A DNA stretch of 37,258 bases from Octopus bimaculoides (lineage: Eukaryota). The notes below the pieces were generated by a model. It saw only the letters and a program-made list of their open reading frames with translations. It was not told the origin of the DNA and did not search any database. The stretch covers positions 33,760,025 to 33,797,282 of the forward strand of contig NC_068989.1 in assembly GCF_001194135.2 (NCBI RefSeq), read 5' to 3'. The stretch's first letter is position 1. Every line of letters starts with the position of its first letter. The position numbers and the translations under genes are program-made. Positions 33,147 through 37,258 of the stretch are shown here, piece by piece.

Positions 33147-33921
33147 TATTCTCTAAAATAGAAAAGAAAATTTCTACTTTCTGTTTTCCATGAAAATTTA
33201 AGTTTCTACACTTACTATTCTAACATTTGTTAGTTGGAAGATTTATTAACAGAGAAGTGTAAATGGTAAACATAAGGAAGCTTTTGTTTTAGGAAATAGT
33301 TTTCACACTATACCATATAGAACATCCCCCACCTCTTTTGATAATTGATTATACCCAGTTTCTTTAGAAATAAATTTTCCAAATTTATTAGTAGCTACAC
33401 CTGTTTATATACTAGTCATGAGAATTGCTATGCAGAATGTGAAACTCTTATTTCTAGTTCTTATGTTTTGTATTACTGCAGTTCACTACCAGGGTGGTAA
33501 CACTATAACTATAGTTTTGGTATCATCCACTTGTTGCAAATGGCTGAAGGCAGATGAAAATTTGTTTAGCATTCCATTAAATTTTCTAGGAGTATTTTGC
33601 ATTTAGAATTCAGTTTGTTTATTCATTCACATTGTGCCTTCATTTGTTAGAGAGAGGAGGAGTGAGCTAAGAGTTGGAGAGAGAGTGAAAGAGAGGGAGG
33701 GGTGAGTGAAATAACACATAGCCAGCCAAGAGAATGCAATGAGGTAGCTACTCACTATCATGTGATTAGTGGAAATGAGAGGTGAAGAGAAAGAGAGAAA
33801 TATTTATGATATGAAGAGGGGAATTACATAATTAAAAAGTTTAAAAGTTTGTTAAAATAAAAGAGAGAGAGAGAGAGTGTGTGTGTTTAGCAGAGGGAAA
33901 TTTTAAAATCATATAATATAT

Positions 33922-34337
33922 TGTTACGAACGCCAGCACGCGAAGCACCTCCTCAACACCGAAGGGGGGACTCGCGCACGCGCGAACATTCAACACTCAG
34001 TGAGCTAGCAAAATTCGTCTGTCGGTACAATCCTGACCGATAATAAAGCCCCGGCTGGAGCACGTAACGAAGAACAACACAGGCAAATAGGACGGGGAGG
34101 AAGAAACAACACGAAGACCATGCGTTGGGTAACTTTTTCTTTTTCTTTACATAACATCACAGAATACATTTAAAACATTAGAATAGAGCATTACATAATA
34201 ACAATTCCAATACATGGCATAACAATTCAATAACGTTGACAAAGTTTCCAAACAATTATAAGCTTTCCAATCATTTTTACATCGCAAAGTTCGTGTCTCA
34301 AGTTTCATTTGACAACAAAGTTCTTCTGCTTCTTTCT
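33922..34337. mobile_element. CpG-rich LTR-like insertion truncated by an assembly gap
   Basis: Abrupt rise in CpG starting at TGTTACG (33922), a typical LTR terminus; near-inverted CGTAACG at 34063 and AATAAA at about 34042. Confidence 0.35.
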
Positions 34338-34710
34338 NNNNNNNNNNNNNNNNNNNNNNNNNNNNNNNNNNNNNNNNNNNNNNNNNNNNNNNNNNNNNNN
34401 NNNNNNNNNNNNNNNNNNNNNNNNNNNNNNNNNNNNNNNNNNNNNNNNNNNNNNNNNNNNNNNNNNNNNNNNNNNNNNNNNNNNNNNNNNNNNNNNNNNN
34501 NNNNNNNNNNNNNNNNNNNNNNNNNNNNNNNNNNNNNNNNNNNNNNNNNNNNNNNNNNNNNNNNNNNNNNNNNNNNNNNNNNNNNNNNNNNNNNNNNNNN
34601 NNNNNNNNNNNNNNNNNNNNNNNNNNNNNNNNNNNNNNNNNNNNNTGCTACCCTACCCCCTGCCAAGATGGGTCGGTCGGTACATGATTCCTATGCTGCC
34701 TTTTTTTAAC

Positions 34711-34744
34711 TTTCGCTGACCTTTCGCTGACCTTTCGCTGACCT
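34711..34744. repeat. 11-bp tandem repeat (TTTCGCTGACC)x3
   Basis: TGACCT at 34717, 34728 and 34739, separated by TTCGC. Confidence 0.9.
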
Positions 34745-35637
34745 ACGCTAAAAATAGCTGTGGTTGCCGACGAGACAAAGGAAATACCATTCTCCCCAAC
34801 TGACCAGAGTACGGGTTCAAAACCCAGCCCAGGAGATAGGGATATAATGCCAACTGTATTTTTGGTCGTCGCATCAATATTATTGTGACTGGAAGTGAAA
34901 TAATGTAGCAAAATAGCTGTGGATGTTATTTTTTTAAAATTTGCAATGGAATTGAAACTAATTGTGTAAATAAAATCATTGTGTATATCTCTATATCATT
35001 TTATGTACATTAATTGTATATAATGTAAAGTAATTATGATAAAATATTGTGTAATAAGGAATATAAAACTATATATTGGTCTTGCAGTTTCAATAGAATT
35101 AAATACTAATGAATGATATGTTTATTAAGCATTGTATAAATTGTTATTGTATATTTTTGTATCATTTATTGCACATGGAACAATAAGATTTATATGCAAT
35201 AAAAATGCATATCATCCTTTCTTTCTTAAACAGCTCCTCTTCATTTTTTCAGTCCGTGGAATTTTCATGGGTCCTGCTAGTCATTTAATAATGTAAGACT
35301 TATCAGGTGTATTTTACATATGGTAGAAAAGGAAATACAATGAGATGAGGTGACTTCCCCATACAACTGCCAACGTACTATAAGCAATTTCTCATAAGTT
35401 TCTGTTAACGGATTAACATTTTGGTTTTGTTTCCAAATGTCTTATTATTTCTGAAAATTATTGTGCCTAGTGGACTGAATGCTCATCCAGCTCCCTACCC
35501 TATGGCATTCAGTCTCCCATCCAAAGTATGGTCACATTAGACACAGGGCAATTATGTGATACATATAAAATATGTCTTTTGTTATATCTTCATTTAAAAC
35601 CTGTTGCTACGAACACTTTCTAGAATATGATTTGTGT

Positions 35638-35960
35638 ATATCATCATCATCATCATCATCATCATCATTATCATTATTTTCTATGCTGGCATGGGTTAGA
35701 CAGTTTCAGAGAGCTGCATCAAGCTCCAGTTGCCTATTTTGGCATGTTTTCTATGGCTGGATGCCCTTCCTAATGCCAACCACTTTAAAGAGTGTACTGA
35801 GTGTCTTTTACATGTCACCAGCACAGATGCCTTTTATGTATCACCAGCACAGGTGCCTTTTATGTGTCACCAGCACTGGATATGACCACAATTTCATGTA
35901 GCTTGATGTGTCTTCTAAGCACAGCAAGTTACCAGAAGTCTTGGTCACTTGTCATTGCCT
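35638..35960 (-). mobile_element. SINE/RTE-tail repeat with a short internal tandem array
   Basis: (CAT)n tail, GGCTGGATGCCCTTCCTAATGCCAACC and TCACCAGCAC...TGCCTTTTATGT units. Confidence 0.8.
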
Positions 35961-36067
35961 TTATAAACAATTATACACATACATGCACAATTTCATGTAT
36001 GTATATTTATAAATGCATACAAATCTAGAAACGTGTGAGTAAGTGTATGAATGTGTAGGAGTGTATA

Positions 36068-36275
36068 TTTATATATATAAAACTCAGAATGTGTGTCTGT
36101 CTGTCTGTGTGCATAACTAAAACTTGAGAACTACTCAACAGATTTCATTCAAATTTTAGGCATGCCTTACTTTGGGTCCATGCAGCATCATGGGCCAAAA
36201 AATGTTCAGCTTCTTGCCTCAGCTTGTTCCCTCAATATACACAAGAGAAAAAAGCTAGGTCAGTTCCTCCTCAAC
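36068..36275 (+). mobile_element. Non-autonomous Helitron-type 5' end
   Basis: TATATATAAAA...TGTCTGTCTGTCTGT...AACTACTCAAC.GATTTCATTCAAATTTT, a typical 5' pattern of invertebrate Helitron-derived interspersed repeats (remembered consensus). Confidence 0.5.
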
Positions 36276-36376
36276 TNNNNNNNNNNNNNNNNNNNNNNNN
36301 NNNNNNNNNNNNNNNNNNNNNNNNNNNNNNNNNNNNNNNNNNNNNNNNNNNNNNNNNNNNNNNNNNNNNNNNNNNN

Positions 36377-36411
<35 letters not shown>

Positions 36412-36624
36412 TGTGTGTCTATATATGTATATGTCATCATCATCATTGTTTAATGTCCGATGATGATGATGATGACATAAACATATATAGACACATATAT
36501 ACATACATAAACATATACATATACAGATACATATATATATATGTACATAAATGTACATACATACATATAAATACACACATATCTATATATGCACACATAA
36601 ATATACATACATATGTCTGTATAT

Positions 36625-36906
36625 ACAAGTGTTGGACAAAATAATAGAAACACCTTAAAATTTCAAAGAAATTTATTTTAATATGGGGTAGGACTGACTT
36701 TGGCAGTAATTACAACTTGACTTCTATGAGATATGGACTCATACAAAGTTTGAATTGTTTCCAAAGGAATTTTTGTCCATTCTTCAGCTAAAACAGTCTC
36801 CTGGTCTTGTAGTGATGATGGTGGAGGATATCAACTCCTTACTTGTTTTTCTAAAATGCACCATAAATGCTCAACGATATTGAGATCTGGGGACTGTGGT
36901 GGCCAG
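36625..36906 (-). mobile_element. Tc1 transposon 3' end, interrupted by a SINE
   Basis: TA followed by CAAGTGTTGGACAAAATAATAGAAACACC (TIR). Minus reading WPPQSPDLNIVEHLWCILEKQV...LAEEWTKIPLETIQTLYES. Confidence 0.85.
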
Positions 36907-36909
36907 ATT

Positions 36910-37138
36910 AGATACTCCCTTTACTCTTTTTACTCTTTTACTTGTTTCAGTCATTTGACTGCGGCCATGTTGGAGCACCGCCTTTAGTCGAGCAAATCGA
37001 CCCCAGGACTTATTCTTTGGAAGCCTAGTACTTATTCTATCGGTCTCTTTTTGCCGAACCGCTAAGTTACGGGGACGTAACCACACCAGCATCGGTTGTC
37101 AAGCGATGATGGGGGGACAAACATAGACACACAAACAC

Positions 37139-37171
<33 letters not shown>

Positions 37172-37258
37172 CATATATACGACGGGCTTCTTTCAGTTTC
37201 CGTCTACCAAATCCACTCTCAAGGCTTTGGTCAGCCTGAGGCTATAGTAGAAGACACT
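36910..37258 (-). mobile_element. Relatively young tRNA-derived SINE (runs off the window end)
   Basis: (ACTCTTTT)n tail; many CpGs retained; CCAAATCCACTC.CAAGGCTTTGGTC...GAGGCTATAGTAGAAGACACT as in the other copies. Confidence 0.88.

Noticed and set aside
33314-33400. Candidate upstream mtnK-like exon on - encoding GVATNKFGKFISKETGYNQLSKEVGDVLY (slight resemblance to MtnK YPHLSQHIGEFL)
   Set aside because: It ends in phase 1 but the next acceptor (32342) needs phase 2, and it has no pyrimidine tract. I found no bridging exon, although one could lie in a gap.
1-37258. CRISPR arrays, rRNA genes and prokaryotic operons
   Set aside because: None seen; all regular repeats are microsatellites or transposon-internal, and the DNA is eukaryotic.

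Overview
AT-rich, intron-rich animal genomic DNA with (TA)n/(CA)n microsatellites and several N gaps. The SINE and RTE families suggest an octopus-like coleoid cephalopod; this is inferred from remembered repeat families and was not searched. Two host genes, both missed or only partly shown by the ORF track, converge tail-to-tail. (1) On +, the last two coding exons of a BRCA1 orthologue (second BRCT domain; 2908-3039 and 9657-9760) have intron positions matching human BRCA1. (2) On -, four spliced exons (32342-32114, 26166-26004, 23234-23144, 16298-16148) join in frame into the C-terminal 210 aa of a 5-methylthioribose kinase (MtnK/MTK) family protein, an enzyme typical of bacteria and plants. 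In this copy the catalytic HGD is HGN, the Mg-binding DxE is NxE and the twin-Arg motif RR is KR. It is either a pseudokinase or, speculatively, an enzyme switched on by A-to-I recoding, because all three codons (AAT, AAC, AAG) revert to consensus by one A-to-G change. The remainder is decayed mobile DNA: mariner/Tc1/pogo elements, hATm-like transposases, RTE, R4-clade, Penelope-like and gag-like retroelements, Helitron pieces, tRNA-derived SINEs (two inverted pairs) and a decayed hammerhead-ribozyme motif. All protein family calls come from manual translation and remembered motifs; no database search was run.
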